A stretch of 64,000 nucleotides of DNA, taken from assembly GCF_016433145.1 (NCBI RefSeq), contig NC_058131.1:77073454-77137453 (forward strand), in the 5' to 3' direction. The notes under the pieces are model-generated. The model had not been told where the DNA came from. It worked only from the letters and a program-made list of their open reading frames with translations, and ran no database searches. Positions 49,961 to 62,671 of this stretch are shown here, piece after piece. This DNA comes from Gracilinanus agilis (taxonomy: Eukaryota). The number at the start of each line of letters is the position of its first letter. The stretch's first letter is position 1. The position numbers and the translations under genes are program-made.

Positions 49961-51490
49961 AAGAGTGAAAGATTTATCTGACTCAAGATGCTATTAGGTC
50001 TTGTCTGGATGCTCTTCTGCTGACCCAGGGCTTGATAATAAAATAAAATTAATCTTTGATTAAAGGTTGGTCTGCTGTGCCAGTAGTAATAAATGGTTTG
50101 TTCTGCAGAATTGGTTTGACCCTATACCAAGCCTAACAAGAACCCACGTTCCCACTCCCACCACCAGGTCCCAGGGGGTATGGGGCAAATGATAGGTGAG
50201 GGGAGAAGTAAAGTAGCCAGGGTATGCCAAGCTTACTTATACCCTGGCCCCAACTGCCATGTGGCACCTGCCACCTGTCTCATGGCATGTTCCTCATTCT
50301 AACCAGGGCAAACTTCCAGCTTGCCCCATACACAATATGGCAGTATGTATTCCCATATTACACTGGCCATGTCTTTCCTGTGCTCAAAACCATACAAAGG
50401 CTTCCACTTTTCCATCAGTAAAGTTCTTTTTATGTTTGCTCTTTAAGATTTCCACAATCTTGTACTCCTGTGCCTCTATAGAAAGACTTGTAAGATCATA
50501 GAATTTAGAACTATCAAAATCCTTTCCTGATTCCCCCAACTACAATTGACATTCCTACCCTCACTGATCCCATTCACCTTGTTTCTATTTTGCGTATACC
50601 TATAAACATACATTTTGTCACTCCCAATAGAATGTAACTTCTGTTGACCTTGTTTTATGGAATTCCCAAATTTATCTTTTTTCCTAGGGAACTTACCTTT
50701 AGAGAAGTCCCAGATTGATCCTTGTCTTAGAGTGAATGGTGGACCATTAAGCATCCATTAAGAACCTTGAATAGGAGTAATAGAGATATCATTTTAGAAA
50801 AATATAGATTTTAGTTAGCAGAGAGCAAACTTGATTGGCAAGGGAATTTAGAACCTTGAGAGTGGATATATTAACACAGTGACAGTTTGAACCTGTCTCT
50901 GAGGAGCTGGGGTCTTATGGTGTATTTAGTGAGACATACCATCTCTGAAGCTATTTCCCTGGATCTTGGATTAAGTAACATCTTCTATCAAGCATCCCAG
51001 TGAAGTAAAAAGGTAGAGAAGTGGATTTGTCTTTTGTGGTGGACACAAAGACCATCCCAAATCTCTCTCTTCACATTTGGATAAATTTGCTGTGTTTCCT
51101 GCCTCCTGTACCAGCTTTGAAGACATCATGACTGGACATCTTTGTGAGATCCCCTGTTCCTAGCAAGACCTTGCTGTTAGCAGTCTGCTGATAGATTTTA
51201 GCCAGTAGAGTAGTTTAATCCATTCCTATACCCCTGGGTGGAGATGCATAGGTCCTAGAGTTAGTTTACCATATCCTCTTCATTCCCCATCTCACTTAAT
51301 CATTAAATAGTTCAGTTATCACAATCCTGCCTTATATGTCCTTACCCAGATACCTAGGTAGACACCTGTTTTATTCTGTTATCTATTAACTCTTATGGGG
51401 AAAAACAAGGGAGTTAACTTAAATATTATATGTGGGTTCAGAAGGGTGAGTAGGAAACAGGAATGGACAATAGGTGGGACTTCAAACAAG

Positions 51491-52147
51491 TTAGGGAAAC
51501 TGGTTTTAGCTGTTAAGGGAAATGACTGATGACAGAAGTGACAGTTAGGCGCTAACTGTCACCCTGCCCCACCTAGACAAGGAGTCTGTGAAAACCAGCA
51601 AGCAAATGACGAGAAAGTTTGTAACAAATTTAATTAAAGGAACTATGGTCTAAAGGATGGGAATAGGGGTTTCTATACTTCCAGACTATGGGCAAACCAC
51701 AGGGTCAGGGGAAGGACTTATCTACACTGAACTGAGAACTAAAGCAAAACAAGGCACAAAGAATAGCAGTACTGAAGCGGGTATCCTCACAGCAGAGTCC
51801 TGACACACTCAGTGATGTTGCAGCTTTTCCAGGATAGTGATCCTGTATTCCTTCAGGTGGGTAAATCTGGGAGCTAATCCAGCTCAAGTTAACCTACAAC
51901 TCAGGATTAATAGTCTCTACCAAAAATCTCCCACAAGTAGATGACAGTCTTCCTTCTGGATATCAGGAAATCTGGGTGCAAACTCCACTTCCTCTGAAGT
52001 CTCCCAGGATCAGTTACAGCTTGTCCCAACCACCATGGAGTACGTCTCAGAGCGAGAGGCCACACTTCCTGCTTCCCCATTCCATTTAGAATTCTCCAGC
52101 CCTGCTTGCTAGGTCTCCTAAATAATAATTTAGTAATCTTTCTCACA
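51491..52147 (-). mobile_element. Solo LTR (approximate left boundary)
   Basis: Minus strand starts TGTGAGAAAG at 52147; LTR-like content; TSD not found. Confidence 0.5.
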
Positions 52148-53035
52148 ACATAACTCGGCTATCTCCAGCTAAGTGTTTTTACCTGTGTTTATTCATTTAC
52201 CCTTTCCAGTTCCCTTTAGTCAGTTTACTCCCTAGCTGACATTCCACTTTTCCCCACTTATTTATTCGATTACTTATTTCAATACTCAAACCTTAAGTAC
52301 CCTTTTTGTCTTCTTAGCCTCTCTTGGACTACTCCCTGGTACCCTAGCCTCAGCCTTCAGCCTCTTTCCTGAGCCTCTTTGTAAGTAGTCAGTATGTGTT
52401 TCCTTTCCTTCATTCCCCAGAGTGCATATAAGACCCAAGTTCTTCAGCTCATTGGAAAATCCCCGTTCAAGGTACATTTTCCTGGAGACTGTTCCCAGAG
52501 TCCCAGAGCTGGTCTTTGTGTGGTATCTTGCTCATGGCTGTGTGGTAGCTGATAGAACATTGTCTTCCTTGTCCTTGATTAAAGACTCATTCCTTCTAAC
52601 TACTTTGGTGGTTCTGTGTTTTTCAAGCTTGACACTCCCTTGAGGGCAGAGTTTTTTTTTTAAATGTCTTTTCTTGTATCCTTGGATCCAACCACAGCAT
52701 CTGTTTTTACTTAATTACTTAATAAATGTTTGATGAATTATGGAGTAAATTTTTAAGAAACTGAAGTTGAATAAATGAATGAATGATCCAAACCTGGATA
52801 GAATTTGTTCCTAAGAGTTTTGATTTCTTAAAATCTTGTTTCAATATATCTCTTTTACCGCAGTTATGTGTTAGACAAGAGGGAAAGTAATTGTAAAACA
52901 ATAATTTTTTTTCCGCAAGAGGCCTAAGAGGTTGGACCCTTGATGGAATGAAAGGTATTGGCAACAAGAATTAGGTGAACCAAGCACTGGACCTTTGAAA
53001 GAGAGGACAAGAAGCAATAAGGAAGCCAACTACAG

Positions 53036-53866
53036 TGTGAGAACTATTTTAGGGTGGGAAAAAACAGTAACTAAATGGGGAAGGGCAATGGCAACTGACA
53101 ACTGACAACTGACATGGAAGGAGTTTGATACACAAAGGGACATAAACCCCACTGGGAAAAAGGAAACAAACAACACTTGTGGTGAATGAGAAACAGTTTG
53201 GGAGAAATAACAATAACTGAAACTTTCACAACAGCCTGGGATAATTAACTTTCTGTGGATCCTTGATGGTGGAAGAGAGGATGACAAGGAAGTTAAACAA
53301 AGTTAAGTTTATTGGTTTGGTAAGATGGGAATTGGAGGGAGAGGTGTGTCTAAGCTCTAAGGGAACCAAATGCCAGAGAATGGTGGCAGTTGGGTTGGTT
53401 TGTCCTAAGCTAACCTAATAGACAGCCAGCAACTGGCTCAGCTGAGTGGGACAGGGATTTGGTAATCTCACATAAAGGTTCTTGATGATTTTTCAGCTGA
53501 TGTTTAGACTCAGGACTCCTTCTGGTCTCAGCAAGATAATCCACAAGGGCTAGGGAGCATAGGACTTCCTGGAGCTATTCACCAACTACAGGAGAGATCC
53601 TAACTCTAACTAGATCTTCCTCTTTATCTTGATTGCAGATCCACCTCCTCTATAGAGATCCCACATAATCCAAAGGCTAGTTGTACAGCAGCTCCCAGCT
53701 TCTCACCTCTCCTTCAAAGCAGGAAAACTACCAACAACTCAGTCTCTCTGAACCAAAAAAACCCCTTTTACATTCTGGGCTTAGAATGTTCTCAGTCAGT
53801 CAAGCTGGTCTGTCTTTTCCTACTCACTACATATGCCTATCTATCAATTATAAATTGCCTATAACA
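53036..53866 (-). mobile_element. LTR preceded by a polypurine-tract-like sequence
   Basis: TG...CA ends; minus strand reads AAAGGGGAAC-TGTTATAGG at 53876-53858; AATAAAC on minus at ~53310. Confidence 0.5.
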
Positions 53867-56759
53867 GTTCCCCTTTGTACAAAGCCAAAAGGTGGAGGGC
53901 CAGTATATGCTGCTCTGAAATCTTAGGCCCCAAAAGAGAATGTCATGGAGTGTCTGGTGTTTTCATGTTCTCTATAATGAGCTCTCTGTGGAGATGAGAG
54001 CATGGCAATCTGGAACTCTGGAGAGTGAAGAGAAAACATTACCCCTTGAGAATAAGAGAAGGAACTACAGAGCTCCTCAATCTCCATCTGTTTCCAAAGC
54101 TGATTCCCAGTGCTCTTCTGGGCCCTTAAATACTCCCACCCTGCCTTTTGGCAGAGCACTCTGGCATGTAGGTAGGGAAGGTGTCTCTGTTTTCTCTCAT
54201 CCCCTCTATTTCTACTTTAATTCTAACCTCTAATCATTGAAAAGCTTAAGGTTTGGGGACAATCTTTTGAAACAGATTTCCCTATATGGATTTGAGTCAA
54301 GGAAGGGATCTCTTTCTGAATGCTTATGGAACGTCAGCAAGTTCTTTCCTAAGGTGAGTGAAGTTTAGGTGGCTGAGACTGGAAGGGTAAGTGGGGGAAT
54401 CCGAATGTCTGGAAATTTTTTGCAAAGGTGAATTAGATTTGGGTGTATCCTACAAAGAGGGCAATGTAGGGGATAGGGTGAGAATGACAAGCCCTATTTA
54501 GAGATGAGAGAGGTTGGAATGACCCTCACTTTGCTTAAAATGAGTGTGGAGAGATGTGAGGTGAGGATCTGGGAGGCATAACTATAGGGCTGAAGTAGTG
54601 TATTAGGACCAGGAACATCCTATAGGAGGAACAAAAGACCCCGTGATCTCAATAAATGGCATTTTTCCTACCCCTCATTTCAGAAGCAGATACACACTAA
54701 ACTCTGTTGAGTTATTCAAGATATATCTTTAGGCAGGAGTGAGAAGATACTTCTCTGTTCAATGTGGACTTAATGGCTTAGTCTTCTCTCTCCCATTAAT
54801 TCAATTAAATTCAAAAACATTTATTAAGCCTCTACTCTTTATAATGTACTATAATAAATGCTAGAAAAGACACGAGGATAGAGAAGTCACATGTTTGCTT
54901 TTATGGAAACAACATTCTTGTAGAGGTACACACATATTTAGAAACTAAAATAAATCAGTTGTCTTTGATTTTATCATTGGGGATACCAAAAGCTGTTGTA
55001 ACTCTACCATTTAGTAAATCGTCCAAGAGTTTCAGAACTGAAAAATTCACCACCTGACTGTCCTTGTCCTGAGCCTCTCACAATTTAGCTAGGCTGGACC
55101 TCTTATAATTGTAAAGATTACTATGTAAGGCCCAAGGCTCCAGTTCATAGTAATTCTGACCTTGAAATAATAGTTATGAAACACATTATCCTAGTGATAA
55201 TGCCCCAAGTCAAAAAGAAATATTTCTTTAACCATGAGGTCGGTATCCTAGTCCTGCACTAGGAAAGGGCAACTTTCTCCTTTGTTGTGCCCAGTACTGT
55301 CCCTTACTCTCATGACCCTAAAGAAAGATCATATAAGGACAGATTTGACCACAGGTATTTATGAGAGATAATATTAGATCAATAAGATGTAGTTTTTAAT
55401 AAAATAAAAATATAATTAGGAATGGATACCAACAGAGCCCCTTCATAATAAGACAGGGGAGAAGAGTGAGAAACACCAGTTCTTTAGTTCCTCTGTGTCT
55501 TTTTTTCCACTTAGCTTTCTTGTTGCTAGAGGAAGCACCTGTGATTTAAAAACAAACAAACAAACAAACAAACAACAACAACAAAAACCCTAGTCTTCTA
55601 TCTAGCTACTTATACGTTTTAGTGTCATCTTTCCTGGTCTCCCATTAAATCTGCCAAAATGCTACCTTTCTGATGATGCATTAGGGAAAAGCATCATTGG
55701 CTCCCTTCACTCCTTGTACAGAATTCCTGGAAGTCTCACCCATCCGCCAATCTGGTCATGGTCTTGGGTTGAATTTCCTCTCTTTCCACAATGAGAAGAG
55801 ATGTGAGTCCTAAAGTTTTTAGAGACTTAGTCCTCCCTGTTGTATGCCAGTCTTCACCAGAATGGCTCTTACACTCGGAAAAGAGAAATATACCTAGAAC
55901 CCATACTTGAAGCCCTTTGAGCTTGACAACCTATTAGCATTTTAATTCTGCTAGCATAACCTTTGCACAACAATGAGGCATATCAGTAAGTTTTAAAATC
56001 AAGACTCATATGCACAAAAACTGTAATCTGTGAAGATTAAGAGGTCTAAATTAGATGAATTCATTATAGGTCAAGGGATGAAGGAAGGTTTCTTTCTGCA
56101 ACTGGCTTTTGATTGGGAATTTAAATGATGAGCAGGAAATTTAAAAGAATTAGAATAATATTTTATGGATAAGGAATTGTGTGAGCAGAGGCATGAGTGG
56201 AAAAGTTCAGTGTATGTGTATGCTTCTGTGAATCCATGGAAGGAAATGATTTAAGTGTGGAAAGATGAGATGGAATCAGAGGGTACAAAGGCTTAACTGT
56301 TGAACAAAAGGACCTCAAATCTATAGTAGGGAACCATGAAAGGATTTGGAGCATGGGAAAAAAATGACAATCTCAATACAGAGAAAATTATTTGGACAAC
56401 ATGAAAGATGAATTGGAGCTCTTGAAGAACTTAGGTTGACTGGGGGGTTGAATCTCCTTTGGAAGTAGCCACCTACAGCAGTGGGGAAAGAAAGAAAAAA
56501 GTCTGTAGGTAGTCATTTAACGATGTATTCCTTAAATAAAATGTATTTAAAAAGGAAAAAAATTCATTAGATAGACATTCATTAAAAGGCAACTTCAATT
56601 ATAGACTAAACTCATATCTTACACAACTCAGATTATGAATGAACATGTTATCTATCTTCTTACTCATGTAGGAAATGAGTGGGTTTTTAATTAATTCTGT
56701 TAATAAATAGAAATACTAACAATATGAATCACAATGAACTTGTTAATTGGTCAATAAAG

Positions 56760-57660
56760 AATAAATATTTATTCAGTATCTTCTATGTTCTAGGCACTGT
56801 GCTATGTGCTGGGAATATAGGAAGAGACAAAAGACAGTCCCTGCCTGAAAGGTGCTTATACTCTAATGGAGGAGACATCATGAAAACAAATATACTCAAA
56901 TCAAGTTATTTGGAAGACAAGTAGGACATAACAGAAGGAAAGCACTAAAATTAAGAAGGGTTGGGAAAGGCTTCCAGTAAAAGATGGAATTTTAGTTGAG
57001 ACTTAAAGGAAGTCAGGTAGGTCACAAAAAAAAAACAAAACAAAACAGAGGATGGAGAGAATTCCAGGCATATGGGATAACCAGAGAAAATGCCTAGATA
57101 TGAGATGTAGTGCTTTATTTGTGGGATAGCCAGAAGGCCAGTGCCACTTGATCAAAGAGTATCTGTTGGAAAGTGAGGTATAAGAAAACAGGAAAGTTAA
57201 GAGGGGGCTAAGTTACAAAAAAACTTTAAATGCCAAATATTGGATTTTCTATTTAATCCTAGAGGCAATATGGAACCATTGGAGTTTATTGAATGGAGGG
57301 TGGGGTGGTGTTAATGTTCTTTGACCTGCACTTTAGGAAAATCGTTTTAATGCCTGAATAAGGGGTGAATTGGAATTGGGAGAGACATGAGGCAGGCAGA
57401 CCCTAGTGGTCTATTATAATAGTTCAGTCATGAAGTGAAAATGACTTGGACCAGAGCAGTGGTAGTGTCTGAGAAGAGAAGGAGGTATATACAAGAAATG
57501 TTGTTAAGATGAAATCGAAACATTTTGGCAATAGATTGGTTTGGGGAGTATGAGAGGGTAAGATAGTGGGGAATCCAGGATGCCTCTTAGGTTGCAAGTC
57601 TAAGAAAATGGGAGGAAAAATGTTTTTATCTAGAGAAACAGGGATGGTAGGAGAAAGGGA
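56760..57660 (-). mobile_element. L2 LINE 3' end
   Basis: tatttattcagtatcttctatgttctaggcactgtgcta...agacagtccctgcc...gaagggttgggaaaggcttcc. Confidence 0.7.
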
Positions 57661-58114
57661 GGGTTAAGGAGAAAAGATGAGTTCATAATTTAGCATCTAA
57701 TTTTACTTTAAGTTTGATCTTATTAATGATTATCATGATATGTTAATATTTATGATGCTGTTTATTAAAATTTTACTATATTCTGAGTTTTAGAGTAAGA
57801 GCAGAAGAGGAATATAGTAGTTGCTTATATTCTAATAAGGGGAGACAGAATACACAGGGGAATGGTGGCTATGAAAGGGTGTTTTGATCTGGAAAGTCAC
57901 AGGAAATGGTTGAAGTAATTGTGTATACTATTTTCCTGATTCTGCTTGCTTTGCATCAGTTGGTGTCTTTCTTTAATTCTCTGTATTCATTATATTTATA
58001 ATTTCTTATAGTATAGTAACATTCCATTGCATTCATAGAACATGAGTTGTTTGTCCCTTCCCCAATCAGTTGACATTTTCTTGTTTCCACTTTTTTCTAT
58101 TGCAAAATGAATTG

Positions 58115-58123
<9 letters not shown>

Positions 58124-58174
<51 letters not shown>
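58124..58174. repeat. (TG)n microsatellite within an old minus-strand L1 fragment (~57960-58200)
   Basis: Direct reading. Confidence 0.9.
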
Positions 58175-58177
<3 letters not shown>

Positions 58178-59171
58178 ACTTTCCATTTAAACTTTGATCT
58201 CCTTGTTTAATATTTTGGACATAACACATATTTATATATACATATATGTAAATACACATACAAATTCATTCAACTATTTATATGCATATATTTATATGTA
58301 ATAAACATAGTACTTAATGTTTATTTTCTATTTGAGATTCTAACCAGCCCTACAAAGAGAGTAGTGAAAGTCTTAATGTGATTTTACAACCTCAGATATT
58401 AAATGACTCCCCCAGGGTCACTTAGCTAGCAAGTGGCTGTCTTAAAATTCAGACTTTAGTCTTCTGATAACAAAAAGTGTTTTTCTCATAAATCACAGTG
58501 AAGTTTTATTTTTTATCACAACGTGTCTCAGGGGAATTGAGAGAAGATGATTTTTTTTCCTTACTTCAGATAGGGAATCTTGGTACCCCAGAGAATTTGA
58601 AGATACTCATTCAAATGAAAACTAGAACCACAGAGAGAATAAAGAAATAAAGAAAATCTTCAGGAAAGGAGGCTGAGGTATAGCTGACAGTGTTTGCACT
58701 TCCTACCCAGATATTTTTTTATAGGATAACTATTTTAGAGGTGGATAGTGGATGGTCAAAATCAGCAAATATATTCCAGAAACAACAGGAAGCTTATAAT
58801 TTGAGCACACTTTTGGAAATAAAATGGTGAATGGGTAACCATTCCAGGGAGAAGCAGGAGTAAAGGGCATTGTGTGAGGCTATCCAGGAGAAATAAATAA
58901 GTAAAACCTTTCCACCCATTATTATTTAACAAAATGTATTTTATATATGACTTGATTATATATCAGTGCCCTTTGGGGATTGCATATTTATTCTAATGAT
59001 GCTGCCATATATAGCTGAGAAGTCTTTCAAATTGCCTCTTCAAATTGGATAAATGAAAGCTGGGGAGCATCTTTCTGAAAAGTCTTAAAGAAGTTAAATA
59101 TACAGCCTTTTGGTTAGATTAGCTGTGGAACTTTCTCAGTCCATCTCTGCATCTCCCCAATCTAGGTACAG

Positions 59172-60111
59172 AATCATCAACAACATAACAGTAAGAAATC
59201 AGACCAGCTCCTCTGAGTTCCTCCTCCTGGCCTTCTCTACTCACCAAGAACTATTGTTCCCATTGTTCCTGACCCTATATCTGACAACCCTTCTGGGGAA
59301 CCTCCTAATCCTCATTGCTGTTGGCTCAGACCCACACCTCCATACGCCCATGTTTGTACTCCTGGTCAACCTGTCCCTGGCAGATCTGTGCTTCACCTCC
59401 ACTACAGTGCCCAGGCTCCTCCATGCCTTGCTCACAGGGGATCAGACCATTACCCATTCAGCCTGCCTCTCCCAAGTCTTCTTTTTCCTGATGGCAGGCA
59501 ACGTGGACAGCTATGTATTAGCTGCCATGGCATGGGACCGCTATGTAGCCATATGCAGACCATTGCACTATGCTAATGTGGTGACCCTGCCTCGATGTAT
59601 GGTGCTTCTGGGAGCTATGTGGGTGGGCACAGCCCTCCATTCTTTGCTCCACACAGTCCTCATTGCTCGCCTCACCTTCTGCAGTCATCGTGCTCTCCCA
59701 TATTTCTACTGTGATGTCCATCCTTTACTACATCTTGCCTGCTCTGACACCTCTCTCAACTACCTGGTAGCTGTATTTGAGGGTGGCCTTGTCATCATCA
59801 TGCCTGCTGTTTGCATTATGGTCTCTTATGGCTTTATTGTAGCTGCTGTGTGTAAGATTCGAGCCCCTGGAGGTTTCCAGAAGGCATTTTCCACGTGTGG
59901 ATCCCATCTAACTGTAGTTTTGCTTTTCTATGGAACTGTACTGGGTGTCTACCTGCAGCCCCCAAGCCAAGGTGAGGGCCAAAAGGAAGGCCGAAATCTT
60001 GTAACAACAGTTATGTTTTCTGTGGTGGCTCCAACCCTAAACCCCTACATCTATAGTCTGCAGAACAGAGAAATCAAAGCAGCCCTGGTAAAAGTGTTTA
60101 TGGGGAATTAG
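59172..60111 (+). CDS. Class II olfactory receptor (family 1-like), intact 7TM frame without an N-terminal ATG; probable second coding exon
   Basis: IINNITVRNQTSSSEF...LHTPMF...MAWDRYVAICRPLHY...KAFSTCGSHL...PTLNPYIYSLQN. In-frame TAA at 59095-59097; the ORF track starts at a TTG (59110). Confidence 0.88.
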
Positions 60112-61939
60112 GGTTAGGATCTTAGTAAGCAAATGGACAGTGTAGGATCCCTACTGGGGCTAGCTTTCCCTTTCTTTCTCCTCATCTATTCCTTTACTCA
60201 GGGATCAGATAACAATAGACTTACACACATATTTACACATACTCAGGTCAGGCATTTTTATGCAGTGAAAGCAATTTTATGTCAGGCTCAGGGACATTAA
60301 GGGAGAAACAGTATCTAGGAATATAATTGCAGGTTCTCAGCATAGTAACAGAATTCAGCTACTGCTGGCATCACTAAAAGATCTGTTAGTTTATGTTTAA
60401 CCTTGAATTTTATCCCCATCTTGGCTTCAGTTCTCCTCTCTAAGAAGGTTATCTCATCTTCATATTTGTTTTGACCTAAGACTGAGGTGACCTTGCAGAG
60501 GCATGAACTGTATCATCTTTCTTGAAGCAGAAAGGACGATGGCAGATTTCCACCTGATACGAACCATTTTAATCATTAAAACAGTTCCCTGTGACCCAGT
60601 AAACATTTTCATCCTGAACTGCAACTTGATTAAGGTTTGATGTTTAGATTTTGTTGATACTTCATAAGACTTGGTGCCTTCACAATTATCTATCCTACTT
60701 CATTTTTCAATAATAAGCCAATAGTATGCCTAGATAAAGATTCAGGCTGGGGATCTTCATGCAACATAAACTACTTTATGATAACTTCAGAGAACTGACT
60801 CCTAAAGGTTCTCAAAAAGAGAAAAATTGAACACATGATCTCTTTCATTAATCCCATGTTCTCTCTTCCTACTTCTGCTATCCTATGTGGAATAGTTTCA
60901 TAGCGATTAAATGGCTAAGCCAATCTGTAATCTAAAATGTTTCACTGGGTGTTAAGAATTCTGGAAGAAGAGAGGTTGAAAAGACATCATATGCTAAATT
61001 GTCCAATTTTGATCCTTGATGACATCAATCATTGCCTCTAAAACATACTCAACCCACACTTGAAGACCTCCACAAAAGGGGGACTCATTACTGAAAATGC
61101 TTTTCTCTTTTAGATAATTTTGGATAATTCTAAAAATATTTGGTAAATTAATGAGAGAACAATGAATGAATGAATATGTAATTTCATATCTAGGACTAAC
61201 AGGAACTCCACAGCATTATTATCAAGATAACCATAATCCTTCAGCAAAGGAAGAATAAGACAAAGAAGCTTGGATTCTATGGGACTAGGCAATGATAGAT
61301 TTGTACAAAACTAAACAGAGACAGGAAGTCTCACTCAAGGTGAAAGTAAAAAAATTTTAGAGTTGGAAGGGAATTTAGAGATCTCATAGTATGTTACCCT
61401 TTCATTTTACTTATGAGGGTACTTAGGTCCAAGTTGGCTATGAGACTGATCTAAGATCACACAGCTAGTTAATATCATACTTGGGGCTTAAAATCAGATT
61501 TACTAGTAACTAAGTCTCTGTTCAGTATATATATATATATATTATTATTATTATTATTATTAATGGATAATAAATATCCATATCTTTCCAGAAGCAAGAT
61601 AAAAAACATGAAATCAGTCAATTTTTCTTCCTCAAGAAAGGAAATGGTATATAAACAGGAAATTGGAGGGGAAATTTAGGGACTGAGGATGATTAAGGTG
61701 AAAAGAGCCAAGCAGTTCTTAAAATCTCATAAGCTAATGGACCAGGTTTACAGAGAGGTCTTTTTCTTTCTTCTCTTTGTGAGGAAAGGAGGATCTTCCT
61801 TTTCTCTTTCTTGATAAGGGTGAGTTAAAAAATAGTGACTCTTGAATGGTGCAGACATTCTTAGACTGAATGACTCACTCTCCCTTCTCAAGTAATCAAG
61901 GACATGAAAATGGTTTCAATGGACTAAAACTTTTTCTCC

Positions 61940-62670
61940 AAAAGTAGGGTTAGGCCATTCTGGAGGGCAATTTGGAATTATGCCCAAAGGTCTATAAAAC
62001 AATGCATATGCTTGAATCCAGTAATACCACCTCTAGGTTTGTATCCTGGAGTGATTTTAAAAAAAGAGAGGAAAGGACATATTTGTATATTAATATTTAT
62101 AACTACACTTTTTGTGGTGGCAAAGAATTGGAAATTAAAGAGATGTCCATGAACTGGGAAATGGAGGAACAAATTATGGTATATGACGGTAATAGAATAC
62201 TATTGAGCTACAAAAATGATGAGCAGGGGATTTCAGAAAGAGCTGGAAATACCTTCATGGACTTATGCAGAGTTAAATAAGCAGAATCAGGAAAACATTG
62301 TACACACTAACAGTAATATTGCGGAATGATCAACTATAATAGAATTAGTTATTATCAGCAATACCACGACCCAGGATAGTTCTGAGGGAATTCTTACAAA
62401 GAATGCAATGTACCTCCAGTGAAAGAACTGTTGGAGTCAGAATGCAGATGAAAGCATATGATTTACAATTGTTTATTAGGGTTTATATTTTGGGGTTTTG
62501 GTGTTATAAGATTACTCATAAAAAATGAACAACATGGAAATGTTTTGCATGATAATGCACTTGTAACCCAGATCACATTGCCAGCCAGCATCAGGAAGGG
62601 GAAGGTAAGGGTGGGAGGGAGATAAGTTCCATCACAAAACTTGGGGAAATGTGTGGAAATTTATTACATG
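61940..62670 (+). mobile_element. 5'-truncated older L1 3' fragment
   Basis: gcaatttggaattatgcccaaagg...gatccagtaataccacctctagg-like; ttttgtggtggcaaagaattggaaa; 3' UTR. Confidence 0.8.
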
Positions 62671-62671
62671 T

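Noticed and set aside
54240-54650. Coding-like minus-strand stretch with CPLC...HLC next to an LTR
   Set aside because: No family could be assigned by eye; multiple stops; probably ERV-internal or LINE debris
59110-59171. ORF-track N-terminal extension MVRLAVELSQSISASPQSRY from a TTG start
   Set aside because: The start is TTG, the segment is a polypyrimidine tract, and the paralogue has an in-frame stop in the equivalent region; it is more likely intron
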